Of a stretch of DNA of 64,000 nucleotides, positions 24,345-36,399 are shown one piece after another. The notes below the pieces were generated by a model. That model had not been told where the DNA came from and did no database searches. It was given only the letters and a program-made list of their open reading frames with translations. Within the stretch, counting starts at the first letter, position 1; each line of letters starts with the position of its first letter. Location: positions 310,001 to 374,000 of the forward strand of contig JASTWF010000037.1 of the NCBI GenBank assembly GCA_030390025.1, in the 5' to 3' direction. The DNA is from Squalus acanthias (taxonomy: Eukaryota). A program made the translations under genes and the position numbers.

Positions 24345-25885
24345 CTGTTGTAAATGGAGAAAAGAAAAAAAAAAGGAATGGGAAGGAAAAAAAAAAAACC
24401 AAAGAAAAAACAAAAACGAAAAAAAAAAAATAATGACGACACAAGAACCAAAACACAATGTTTTACACGGGGCCCACGCACAGCCTTGCAAGCCTCCAGG
24501 TCCAACGCCTACGTCAGGGGTTTGATGCAGTGTAGAATCAAAACTGGGTCGCTGGGATGCCGTGTGTTGTGTTGTGAACTCTGCCCCGGTTAAGGTGTCT
24601 GGCAGTCCTGACGCAAAGGGTTTACCCTAGTTTCCCCCCCGCCACCCCACAACCCCTCCTCACCGTCCCCCAACCATTGCAACATGGGCACCGAGCCAAC
24701 ACCATTCGGTTCAACGCCGCAGGAACCTCTCGGGCGAGGTGGCGCAGGCTCAGTCTGCTCCCCACCACATTACAGCCGCCGTGGCACTTGATGTGGCCAT
24801 GCCGAAGGATTGGAGCCCGCAGATGGGATCCCGCACAAGCTTATCTCGGGCTCAGTTTGTCGGTGGAACTCGCTGGCCACAGGACGGATGAAACAATCAA
24901 GTCAAAGGTCGAAAGTGTGCGATTAACACACGCTCACACACACACACAGGCAGGCAGACGCACGCACACAATCACTCAGGCAGACGCGCACACACGCACA
25001 CACACACACACTAACACTACAATTAGAGACAGACAGACGCACATCCTGTCTGAAGATCAGCAAGTCCCATGAGACGCTCATGCTAAAATATTTACTTGTA
25101 GCGTCAAAGCAAATCGAAGCACGGCAGCCTCGCTGTAATCTGAGCACTTGGGACTGCAATTTTGGTCCCACGGCAAAGGTTTTAGACAATCAGAGGTCAC
25201 AGAAGCGAAATAAATGACCGCGCATTAAGCAAGCTTTCAGCCAACCCTTTATGACCGGGGCAACGTATTCCCCCCCATCGCTCTCCCCTCCTCTCCTGAA
25301 GGCGCGGTTCCGTGGATGCCCGCCCTACTCTGCTACCTTGCCCATCGGTCCCATCCTCTCCAAGAGGACCCCAGCTCTGGCTGGGGGGGTCGTGAGGGCT
25401 GGCCGCGCTCCAGCGCTTCACCCAAGGCAGCACGCATTAACAGCTACTCCACCGTGGGTGGGGAGGGGCGCAACGCAGCCAATGTCCTCAGGCAGGAGTC
25501 ACTGGACGGCGATCAGTCGGGCGACCCCTTCCCTAGCCAGAGCTATGCCCAACGATTGAAGGAGGAGGCAGTGGTTGTACGGTGGCAGAGAGGTACGGAA
25601 GTGTTTGTTTTCTGGTAGGAGGAAGCTGATTAACCCCCCCCCGACTTCCCTAAATCATACACATTTGCCGATACAGCTCTCAAACTTACAACGCCTGCGG
25701 GCTCAAGATTTGTTCCAGGTACTCTGCTGGATGTCCGATCGGTCGAAGACGGAACTGAAAAGCACAGGGCAGAAGGCCCCATGCTCAATCCCCAGTTTGT
25801 GCGGAGTTACAGAAGAAATAGGAGCAGGAGTAGGCCATACGGCCCCTCGAGCCTGCCCCGCTTGATGTTGGTGAATCTCCACTGA

Positions 25886-26366
25886 AGTGAGAAGTCGCAC
25901 AACACCAGGTTATAGTCCAACAGTTTTACTCTACATGACGTAGAGTCATCCAGACTCGAGTCGTCGTTGGCTTGGTCACAGATGTGATTTCCATTTAAAA
26001 AAAAGTAAAAAGTTTAAAGTTTATACAGACTGCATTTGACACATTAGACCCCCTGTGACCCCACCTCATTGTCTTAGCTGTATCTTGCTATGTCTTTGAT
26101 ATAATGCCTTCCTGACCTGATTGTTTCTCTGCCGAGGTGTGATAAAAGGCAGTCAGAAAGATTAACTGTAGTCGTCTGACATTGTACGCTACACAGGCAT
26201 TGTTCTCTGTCTATATATGCTTTGCCGATTTGTATTCCTTCACTTCACCTGACGAAGGGGCAGCAGCTCCGAAAGCTTGTGATTTCAAATAAAACTGTTG
26301 GACTATAACCTGGTGTTGTGCGACTTCTCACTTTTGTCCACCCCAGTCCAACACCGGCATCTCCGC
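25886..26366 (+). mobile_element. Long family A terminal-repeat insertion with short 5' inverted arm
   Basis: Duplication AATCTCCACTGA at 25874-25885 and 26367-26378; 25886-25928 is an inverted copy of about 26290-26332; body homologous to 43050-43557. Confidence 0.85.
26245..26282 (+). ncRNA. Minimal type I hammerhead ribozyme motif (family A)
   Basis: TCAC-CTGACGA-A-GGGGC-AGCA-GCTCC-GAAAGCTT-GTGA. Confidence 0.78.
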
Positions 26367-26772
26367 AATCTCCACTGAGGCAGCAGATGTTTTTTATATG
26401 ATGTATATAAAAATATGGCTGCCATATAGGGACCCCACCCAGGGTGACTGAACAAGCTCAGGATGAGGGAGGACAAGAATCAGCCAACACTTTGCCTACA
26501 ATGTGTGCTGTGATGCAGTCAACACTGCCCAATGGGATTGTACAAAGGGGGGCCTAACTCTGGGGTTCTTCCATTCTACAATTCCGCGGGGAGCTAACCG
26601 TAACTCCGGCACATACCAACGCAGTCAGGGGGAATGGTGAGGAACCCCCCACACCCCCGCCCCCCCCCCCCGCAACAGACAACTAACAAATGAGTGCAAT
26701 GTGTAATTTGATGGGAGTCAGGCTGTAGACTGACAGTACCACACTGGAGTTCTCCGCTGAAGTTCTCTACAT

Positions 26773-27601
26773 CAGGGGTTCTCAATCTGGGGGAGGGGGG
26801 GTCCGCAGAACCGGAAGCTTTCAAGGGATCTGCCAATTCAGCAACTTTCAAGAATAAAATCTTTTTAAAAATCCCGTTCTGCGAGCAGGGTCGACAAACA
26901 AACAAAAAAAAAAGAGCGAGACTGATCACTACCCACGTCAGTGGTGCCCCGTTTATTGCTGAGAATGAGACCTCGAAACAGGCTATCTCCAAAAGGAAAG
27001 AGAGTTTAATTCAGCGGCCGATGTGCCGTCGCCAGTGTCGGAGGAGAGCCCGCCCCTCTTCCCCCCCCCACCCCAGATCCGTTAATGACAGTTGGCAACG
27101 GGATCTTCTTCTGGCAGGTTGCGCGGCACGCGCGCGCTCTCTCTCTCTCCTGCCCGCCGGGCTTAAATCAGCTAAGCGGAGCAACAGGTCGGTGGGGTTT
27201 GACGTCTGTTTTGTGGGGCAATGGGCTGAGAATTAACCAGAGCGTCGGCGAGCGTTCGGCTGCCTTCACCATTCGCTCTTGATGCGGCTGACCGCTGCTT
27301 GTCCAGAGCAGCTGATCACACTGGCCGCTACCGCCACCACCGCCGGGAGCTGACGGGGAATCACTCACGCGAGGCGCGAACGGCCACGAAAGTTGACTTT
27401 ATTTTATATATATATATATATATGGCGATCCATCTGATTTTCTGTTGTGGGATCTTGCTCTGTGCTAATTTGCTGCTAGTTTTTAACCACGCGGCAGGAG
27501 CCACTTTTTCAAAAATAGTTGCGTTGTTTAACAGGGGGTCCGTGGAATTTTTACAAGACGGGGAGGAGGGCCTCAGAAGCACAAAAGGCCGAGAAACCCT
27601 G
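26773..27601. mobile_element. Probable non-autonomous hAT/Charlie-like DNA transposon
   Basis: Ends CAGGGGTTCTC...GAGAAACCCTG; subterminal GGGGGTCCG at both ends; flanks CTCTACAT/TGCTACGT match only 5 of 8. Confidence 0.55.
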
Positions 27602-27917
27602 TGCTACGTGACTAAGTGCAGAACTCAACATTGTGCAGCGTTTCAACTCAGCACAGCGCGAAAACTCAGGCTGGGCTCCAGCAACGTCACGCGCATGCGC
27701 GTCATCGGCCTGGCGGCGGTGTCAATATTCACGCCGTACTTAAAAATTCATTCTGGGGATGTGGGCGTCACTGGCAGGGCCAGCATTTATTGCCCGTCCC
27801 TAGTTGCCCTCGAGAAGGCGGTGGTGAGCCGCCTTCTTGAACCGCTGCAGTCCGTGTAGTGAAGGTACTCCCACAGTGTTGTTAGGGAGGGAGTTCCAGG
27901 ATTTTGACCCAACAACA

Positions 27918-28352
27918 ATAGAAACATAGAAAAATAGGAGTAGGCCATTCGGCCCTTCAAGCCTGCTCCGCCATTCAATTTGATCATGGCTGATCCTCTA
28001 TCTCAATACCATATTCCTGCTCCCTCCCCATTCCCCTTGATGCCTTTTGTGTCTAGAAATCTATCTATCTCCTTCTACAATATATTCAGTGACTTGGCCT
28101 CCACAGCCTTCTGTGGCAGAGAATTCCACAGGTTCACCACCCTCTGAGTGAAAAAATTTCTCCTCATCTCAGTCCTAAATGTCCTACCCTGTATCCTGAG
28201 ACAGTGACCCCTCGTTCTAGACCCCCCCCCCAGCCAGGGGAAACATCCTCCCTGCATCCAGTCTGTCTAGCCCTGTCAGAATTTTACACGTTTCAATGAG
28301 ATCCCCTCTCATTCTTCTAAACTCGAGTGAATACAGGCCTAGTCGACCCAAT
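27918..28352 (-). mobile_element. CR1 LINE 3' fragment
   Basis: Near-identical to 2975-3405. Confidence 0.88.
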
Positions 28353-29719
28353 TTTCGTGAGCTTCTCATCTACAGCTGCCCAGAGAGCTCGGGCGGAAGT
28401 GCAGTGGGGTAAACATAGAAACATCGAAGATAGGAGCAGGAGTAGGCCATTCGGCCCCTCGAGCCTGCTCCGCCATTCGATGAGATCATGGCTGATCCTC
28501 CAAACTCAGTACCATTAGCCGGCCTGGTAACCAAGGTAGCTGATCTCAAAATGACAGCAGTAACGGTGTTGCACAATATTCCGAGGGTCCCATTCCCGAT
28601 CCCTTCTTCAGTGAGCCCCCTCCTGGAAAACGTCAGCGAGTGGAATTCAGGTGACCACGGGATCGCCGTCAGCTGTGATGCCCGTTCCGGTTAAATTTTC
28701 ACGGGCGTCTCTGGCAAGGACGGCATTTATTGCCCATCCCTAACTGCCCTCGAGAAGGTGGCGGTATACAACGGAGTGGCTCGCTGGGCCATTTTAGAGG
28801 GGCAGTTAAGAGCCAACCACATTGCTGTGGGTCTGGAGTCACATATCGGCCAGACCGGGTAAGGACGGCAGATTTCCTTCCCTAAAGGACATTAATGAAC
28901 CGATGGGTTTTTACGACAATCCAGTAGATTCACGGTCACCATTACTGATACTAGCTTTTTATTCCAGATTTATTTAATTAATTGAATTTAAATTCCCCAG
29001 CTGCCGTGGTGGGAGTTGAACTCTCGTCTCCAGATTATTAGTCCAGGCCTCTGGACTATTAGTCTCGTAACATAACCACTATGCTACTGTACCCCTATTC
29101 CAAGCTAAGAAGCGGAGGGGAGTAATAAAATTCACACAGGGTTCCCATCGCTTGCTACTACCCACCTCCCTCGTTGGATAGTGAGTGTGGAGACTGGGCG
29201 AGGACAGGGTCAGGGTCAGGCTCAGCAGTGATACTCTCGACGGTCGAACGCTCACGCACAAAGAATGGCCCCTTGGGTGAGGCACCAGCAGCGCCCGTTA
29301 GAACCCGTTCCCCAGCACGGGGAAGCCCCGCAGAAGAGGGGAAGAAGCGCGGGGGGGGGGGGAGCGCGCAAGAGTGAAATTCACGCCCGCGAGGGTAGGC
29401 AGGAAAACACTGCTCACGCCCAAGGGAACACTGCTTTTCGCGCGGGAGCCTAGACAGTGAGCGTTAGTGGGATATTCAACCACGGTGAGAACCACAGACA
29501 AGCCACACACACAGGGCTCCAGTAAAAGACGCACAGAAAATACAGGGTGGAGTTCTTTATCCACATGGCTGGGGAACATCTCCACATTCAGATAACTGAC
29601 CTACTCCAATAACTGTGCAACAGTCCTAGAGCAGCGCTGCATCAAAACACTATCGCATCAAAACATTCTCTTTTAAAAAATGAGGCTGAGGGGGGGACCT
29701 GATAGAGGTCTTCAACATT

Positions 29720-30203
29720 ATAAGAACATAAGAAATAGGAGCAGGAGTAGGCCAATCGGCCCCTCGAGCCTGCTCCGCCATTCAATAAGATCATGGCTGA
29801 TCTGATCTTGGCCTCAACTCCACTTCCCTGCCCGCTCCCCATAACCCTTGACTCCCTTATCGTTCAAATATCTGTCTATCTCCACCTTAAATATATTCAA
29901 TGACCCAGCCTCCACAGCTCTCTGGGGAAGAGAATGCCAAAGATTCACGACCCTCTGAGAGAAGAAATTCCTCTTCATTTCCGATTTAAAAGGGTGCCCC
30001 CTTATTCTGAAATGATGCCCCCTAGTTCTAGATTCCCCCACGAGGGGAAACATCCTCTCCGCATCTACCCTGTCAAGCCCCTTCAGAATCTTATATGTTT
30101 CAATAAGATCCCCTCTCATTCTTCTAAACTCCAATGAGTATCGGCCCAACCTGCTCAACCTTTCTTCATAAGACAACCCCTGGCATCTCCGGAATCAACC
30201 TCA
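29720..30203 (-). mobile_element. CR1 LINE 3' fragment
   Basis: ORF 29814-30176 is the CR1 ORF2 C-terminus. Confidence 0.88.
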
Positions 30204-30989
30204 TGTGGAGCATAAACACCGGCACGGACCAGTTGGGCCGAAGGACCTGTTTCTGTGCTGCACGTTCAATGTTACTATTCACCGCAGCACTGAGGAGTGC
30301 TGTACTGTTTGGATGTGCTACCTTTTGACTGTTTAAACAAAAAATGTTCAAGTTGACATGAAAGATTCTGCGGCACTTTTCGAAGAGCAGGGTGTTGTCC
30401 CAGTGTCCCTGGCCAACACTCCTCCCTCCAACAGGTTAACCGGTCATTCAACTCATTTGCTGTTTGTGGGACCTTGCTGTGCGGAAACATTTCGCCACGT
30501 TTGTCTCCATAGTAACAGTGGCTGCGCTGCGAAAGTAATCCACTGGACAGAAAGCACTTACTTTCTTTTATGAGAAGAAGAACACACTTGGAAGTTACAG
30601 CTCTACCAGTTAATTATTAAGAACATAAGAAGTAAGAACAGGAGGAGGCCATTCGGCCCCTCGAGCCTGCTCCGCCATTCAGTAAGATCATGGCTGATCA
30701 TCGACCTCAACTCCACTTTCCCGCCCCATCTCCATATCCCTCGATTCCCCTAGAGTCCAAAAATCTTAACAATCTCAGCCTTGAATATACTCAAAGACTC
30801 AGCATTCACAGCCCTCTGGGGCAGAGAATTCCAAAGATTCACAACCCTCTTGAGTGAAGAAATTCCTCCTCATCTCGGTCCTAAATGGCCGACCCCTTAT
30901 CCTGAGACTGTGCCCCCCTAGTTCTAGACACTCCAGCCAGGGGGGAACAACCTCTCAGCATCTACCCTGTCAATCCTCTTCAGAATCTT

Positions 30990-31366
30990 AAATAACAACA
31001 GAAAACGCTGGAAAAACTCAGCAGGCCAGGCAGCATCCGTGGAGAGAGAAACAGAGTTAATGTTTCAGGTCGAAGACCTTTCGTCAGAACTGGAAAAAAG
31101 CAGGAAATGAAATAGATTTAAAGCAAGTATAATGTCTCTTGATCTCTCCTTTTGTTCTTTCATCCCCTCCCCCTTTTCCCAGCTTTATACTTGCTTTAAA
31201 TCTATTTCATTTCCTGCTTTTTTCACAGTTCTGACGAAAGGTCTTCGACCTGAAACGTTAACTCTGTTTCTCTCTCCACGGATGCTGCCTGACCTGCTGA
31301 GTTTTTCCAGCGTTTTCTGTTGTTATTTCGGATTTCCAGCATCCGCAGTATTTTGCTATCGTATTA
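30990..31366. mobile_element. Family B hairpin insertion nested in a CR1
   Basis: About 140-bp inverted arms (30990-31132 vs 31185-31327); duplication CTCTTCAGAATCTT at 30976-30989 and 31367-31380; homologous to 7560-7770. Confidence 0.87.
31227..31263 (+). ncRNA. Minimal type I hammerhead ribozyme motif (family B)
   Basis: AGTT-CTGACGA-A-AGGTC-TTC-GACCT-GAAACGTT-AACT. Confidence 0.8.
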
Positions 31367-32083
31367 CTCTTCAGAATCTTGTATGTTTATTAGATGGATT
31401 CAATTGAACTGCCCGTTGAAAGAAAATTGGGAACTAATGCAGCATTCTATTCAACGTCGCCCAGAACACATACTCACATGCACATCCCTATCAAATCTGA
31501 CGCTGACTCATAGAATCATACAGCTGAGACAGAGGCCATTCAGCCCATCATGCCTGTGCCGGCTCTTTGAAGGAGCTCTCCACTTAGTCCCACTCCCCCC
31601 TGCTCTTTCCCCACAGACCTACACATTTTTTCCCCCTTCAAGTATTTATCCAATCTCCCCTTTTGAAAGTTACTATTACACAGAGTTTTACAGCACAGGA
31701 ACGGGCCATTCGGCCCAACTGGTCCATGCCGGCGTTTATGCTCCACACCAGCCTCCTCCCAATTTAATCACCTCGTCCCACCCTGTCCCCATATCCCTCT
31801 ATTCCTTTCTCCCTCGTGCACACATCAAGCCTCCCCTTAAACGCGTCAATGCTCTCCGTTTCACGTGGCGGCGGCTTCCACATTCCCACCGCTCTCGGAG
31901 TAAAGGAATTCTTCCCAAATTCGTTATTTGATCTGCTGCTGACTATCTTATATTTTATACTCCTTGTTCTGAACTCGCCCACAAGTGGCAACAGTTTCTC
32001 CATGCCCGCCCTATCGAACCGTTCCTAATTTTACAGACCTCCCCAGCACTCCCATGGCTCATTTAGTAACTGCACCTCCTCTC

Positions 32084-32802
32084 CAATGTTCCCTGCAAGT
32101 TGTGCTTTGTTCTGCGCGGCCTGTTTCTTTTAATGCGCGGTCCCTTTAAATTTCTGCGCCTGCGCGGTATTCACAATGTAAAAGCCGGTGAGCGGCCTGC
32201 GCGGGATCGTGCAGATGACTGCGCGTGTACAGTTTTGGTCTCCTTACCCAAGGAAGGATATACTTGCCATGGAGGGAGTGCAACGAAGGTTCACCAGACT
32301 GATTCCTGGGATGGCGGGACTGTGGTATGAGGAGAGATTGAGTAAACTAGGCCTGTATTCTCTTGAATTCAGAAGAATGAGAGGGGATCTCATTGAAGCT
32401 TACAAAATTATTACAGGGCTTGATGGGGTGGATGCTGGGAGAATGTTTCCCTTGGCTGGGGAGTCTAGAACCAGGGGCCACAGCCTCATGATAAAGGGTG
32501 GGCCATTCAGGACTGAGAAGAGAAGAAATTTCTTCACACAGGGGGTGGTGAATCTTTGGAATTCTCTACCCGAGGGCTGTGGCGGCTCAGTCATTGGGTA
32601 TATTCAAAACAGAAGTCGATAGATTTCTGACTAGTAAGGGCATCAAGGGATATGGCGATAGGGCCGGTGAATGGAGTTGAGGCAGAAGATCAGCCATGAT
32701 CTCATTGAATGGCGGAGCAGGCTCGAAGGGCCGAATGACCTACTCCTGCTCCTATTTCTTATGTTCTTATGCTCGCACGCGTGCACCTTAGCAGGAACAT
32801 TG
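32084..32802. mobile_element. hAT-type MITE with nested CR1 (about 32225-32771, +)
   Basis: Imperfect TIR CAATGTTCC...GGAACATTG; exact 8-bp TSD CTCCTCTC at 32076-32083 and 32803-32810; related partial copy at about 2860-2965. Confidence 0.8.
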
Positions 32803-33445
32803 CTCCTCTCCCCCGTCACCAACCCACCCCCACCCCCACCCCAGTGCGGTATTGAGCTATTCGGACTCAGAAGGTTTCAGGTTGAAGTCACCACACGGTA
32901 ATATAGTTGGCGGGGGTTGCAATTGACCTCAGTATTACTGCGTCAGGGAGAGACAAAAATCAGTCGAGGCTCCTGCTCACTACCAGGCAATCCCTGCCTG
33001 GAAAGTGCACGTGCCGCAATGCCCTCCGTGGCTGAATAGCCACGCCAACCCTCGCTGTCTAGGCTCGTAAATGAAAAGGGGTCTGGGTGACAAGTCCGAG
33101 GCTTGCTGGAGTCCGTGCAACTGTACCCAGGAACAGGAGAGTAGGGGAGTAAATTAGCCAAACCAAAATCTATTATTCCACTCTCTTACTTGTGCAATAT
33201 CTGTCAGGGGGTTTTGTTTAAACCGCAGGCACAGTGTCGGACAAGGGCAGGGGAACTCTCTTGGGTGGGATGCTCAAGCAGGCAAACCAAGGCGTGAAAT
33301 TAGCAAGCGCACAGCTGGAATCACGCAGCTGCTCGAGCACTGACTGCATCTCTGGAGGATGTGACTGCAGCTCTCTTGCATGGTCAGGCAGAGTAATCCA
33401 TCTCAGACAGCTCCTCATCTGTTGCTATTACCACCTGATGGCCTA

Positions 33446-33461
33446 TGAGAGAGTGAATGAG

Positions 33462-33521
<60 letters not shown>

Positions 33522-33624
33522 TGAATGAGTTACTGTGTGTGTGTGTGAGAGAGTGAATGAGTTACTGTGTGTGTGTGTTGCTCTGTGTGTGTGTGTGTGT
33601 GTGTGTTACTCTGTGTGTGTTACT

Positions 33625-33655
<31 letters not shown>

Positions 33656-33685
33656 TGAGTTACTGTGTGTGTGTGTGAGAGTGAG

Positions 33686-33731
<46 letters not shown>

Positions 33732-33739
33732 TGAATGAG

Positions 33740-33771
<32 letters not shown>

Positions 33772-33920
33772 AGTGAGAGAGAGAGAGTTAGTGTGTGTGT
33801 GTGTGTGTGTGTGGAGAGAGTGAGTGAGTGAGTTAGTGTGTGTGTGTGAGTGAGAGAGAGAGTTAGTGTGTGTGTGAGATATTGTGTGTGTGTGTGTGAG
33901 TGAGAGTGAGAGTGAGAGAG

Positions 33921-33957
<37 letters not shown>

Positions 33958-34030
33958 AGAGAGTGAGTGAGTGAGTTAGTGTGTGTGTGTGTGAGTGAAA
34001 GAGAGAGAGAGTTAGTGTGCGTGTGAGATA

Positions 34031-34061
<31 letters not shown>

Positions 34062-34121
34062 TTACTGTGTGTGTGTGTGAGTGAGTGAGTGAGTGAGTGA
34101 GTGTGTGTGTGTGTGAGTGAG

Positions 34122-34163
<42 letters not shown>

Positions 34164-34228
34164 TTACTGTGTGTGTGTGTGTGAGAGTGAGTGAGTGAGT
34201 GAGTGAGTGTGTGTGTGAGAGTGAGTTA

Positions 34229-34259
<31 letters not shown>

Positions 34260-34263
34260 TGAG

Positions 34264-34301
<38 letters not shown>

Positions 34302-34309
34302 TGAGTTAC

Positions 34310-34343
<34 letters not shown>

Positions 34344-34535
34344 TTAGTGTGTGTGTGTGTGAGTTACTGTGTGTGTGTGAGAGTGAGTTACTCTGTGTGT
34401 GTGTGTGTGTGTGTGTTACTGTGTGTGTGTGTGTGAGAGTGAGTTACTGTGTGTGTGTGAGAGAGTGAGTTACTGTGTGTGTGTGAGTTACTGTGTGTGT
34501 GTGAGTTACTGTGTGTGTGTGTGTGTGAGAGTGAG

Positions 34536-34572
<37 letters not shown>

Positions 34573-34593
34573 GTGTGTGTGTGTGAGAGTGAG

Positions 34594-34630
<37 letters not shown>

Positions 34631-35039
34631 GTGTGTGTGTGAGTTACTGTGTGTGTGTGTGAGAGTGAGTTACTGTGTGTGTGTTACTGTGTGTGTGTGT
34701 GTGAGTGAGTTACTGTGTGTGTGTGTGTGTGAGTTACTGTGTGTGTGTGTGTGTGTTACTGTGTGTGTGTGTGAGAGTGAGTTACTGTGTGTGTGCGTGT
34801 GAGTTACTGTGTGTGTGTGAGTTACTGTGTGTGTGTGTGTGAGAGTGAGTTACTGTGTGTGTGAGTTACTGTGTGTGTGTGTGTGTGTGTGAGAGTGAGT
34901 TACTGTGTGTGTGTGTGTGTGAGAGAATGAGTTACTGTGTGTGTGTGTGTGTGAGAGAGAGAGTGAGTTACTGTGTGTGTGTGTGTGTGTGAGAGAGAGA
35001 GTTATTGTGCGAGTGTGAGGGAGAGGGAGAGGGTGAGGG

Positions 35040-35091
<52 letters not shown>

Positions 35092-35172
35092 TTATTGTGC
35101 GAGTGTGAGGGAGAGGGAGAGAGGGAGGGGGAGGGTGGGGGAGTGAGGGAGGGTGGGGGAGTGAGGGAGGGT

Positions 35173-35205
<33 letters not shown>

Positions 35206-35330
35206 TGAGTGAGTGAGTGTGTTAGTGAGTGTGTGTTACTGTGAGTTAGTGTGTGAGTGCGAGTGTGTGTGTGCGCGCGCGAAAGAGTGTTAATGTGTGA
35301 GAGAGTAAGTGCGTGTGTGTGTGTGTGTGG
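33446..35330. repeat. Compound (GT)n/(GA)n microsatellite punctuated by GAGTTACT
   Basis: About 1.9 kb of GT runs separated by gagagtgagttact-type spacers. Confidence 0.97.
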
Positions 35331-35780
35331 CCAAGTGTATGCATGTGTGTATGTATTATAGAATGTACAGCACAGCAAACAGGCCATTCGGCCCAACTGG
35401 TCTATGCCGACATTTATTCTCCACACGAGCCTCCTCCCACCCGTCTTCATCTCACCCTATCAGCATCTCCTTCTACTCCTTTCTCCCTTGTGTGTTTATC
35501 CAGCTTCCCCTAAATGCATCTCTGCCAATTGTCTCAACTACTCCCTGTGGTAGCGAGTTCCACATTCTCACCACTCTCTGAGTAAAGGTGTTTCTCCTGA
35601 TTTCCCAATTGGATTTATTAGTGACTATCTTATATCGATGGCCCCTAGTTCTGGACTCTCCCACAAAAGTGTAAACATCTTGTCTACGTCTACCCTATCG
35701 AACCCCTTCATAATTTGAAAGACCCCGACACACTCGGAGCTGTGTAGCAGCATGAGAGTAAACGTTAGAAGGTGCCGTAC

Positions 35781-35906
35781 CTGAGGTTGCAGACTGGACC
35801 GGGAAAGGAGCTTGGTTGGCCGGTGGGAAATTTCCAACGTTACTCGAAGCTCCGCCGCCGCTGAATGCGTTGAAGCCCGGGAAACCCGGATGCGCAGCTT
35901 GCTGGG
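35781..35906 (-). CDS. AGFG2: AGFG2-like coding exon (probable exon 6)
   Basis: ttcttccag|CC...G|gtacgg; 126 nt, phase 1-1; AQQAAHPGFPGFNAFSGGGASSNVGNFPPANQAPFPVQSATS. Confidence 0.9.
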
Positions 35907-36399
35907 CTGGAAGAAAAAGACCGGAACCATCGGCTATTGTATCAGCAGGGAAGTCGGCCACTTTCGGCCAGCGCTCGCTAATAACGTGTCTAAGATGGGG
36001 GATAACCTTGAACCTCTCTCGGGTTAATTCAGTCGGAGAGGCTGAACGGACGGCGCAATTATATTTCACACTTATTCCGACACACGTGGGGAGCTTCTCG
36101 CGTGCGAGGGTGGTGAATTTAAATCCCTCCATTGAGAACTAGGTCTGGGAGAGAAATGTTGTTTCTGTCTCTAGGGTGGGGGGAGTGGGACTAGCTGAAG
36201 TGCTCTTGCAGAGAGCCGGCACGGGCTCGACGGGCCGAATGGCCTCCTCCGGTGCTGTAACCATTCCAGGATTCTAGCCTATCCAATTCCTTTATTGTTT
36301 TAAACAGCTCAATTAGATTGCCCCCTCAACCGTCTAAACTCAAGGGAATACAAGGCAACCCAGTCCCTCATAACTTAACTGATTAGCCCCGGTATCATT

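Larger units (their letters stand above)
30618..31390 (-). mobile_element. CR1 3' fragment hosting family B hairpin
   Basis: CR1 tail and ORF2-end motifs; resumes after the duplication. Confidence 0.85.
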
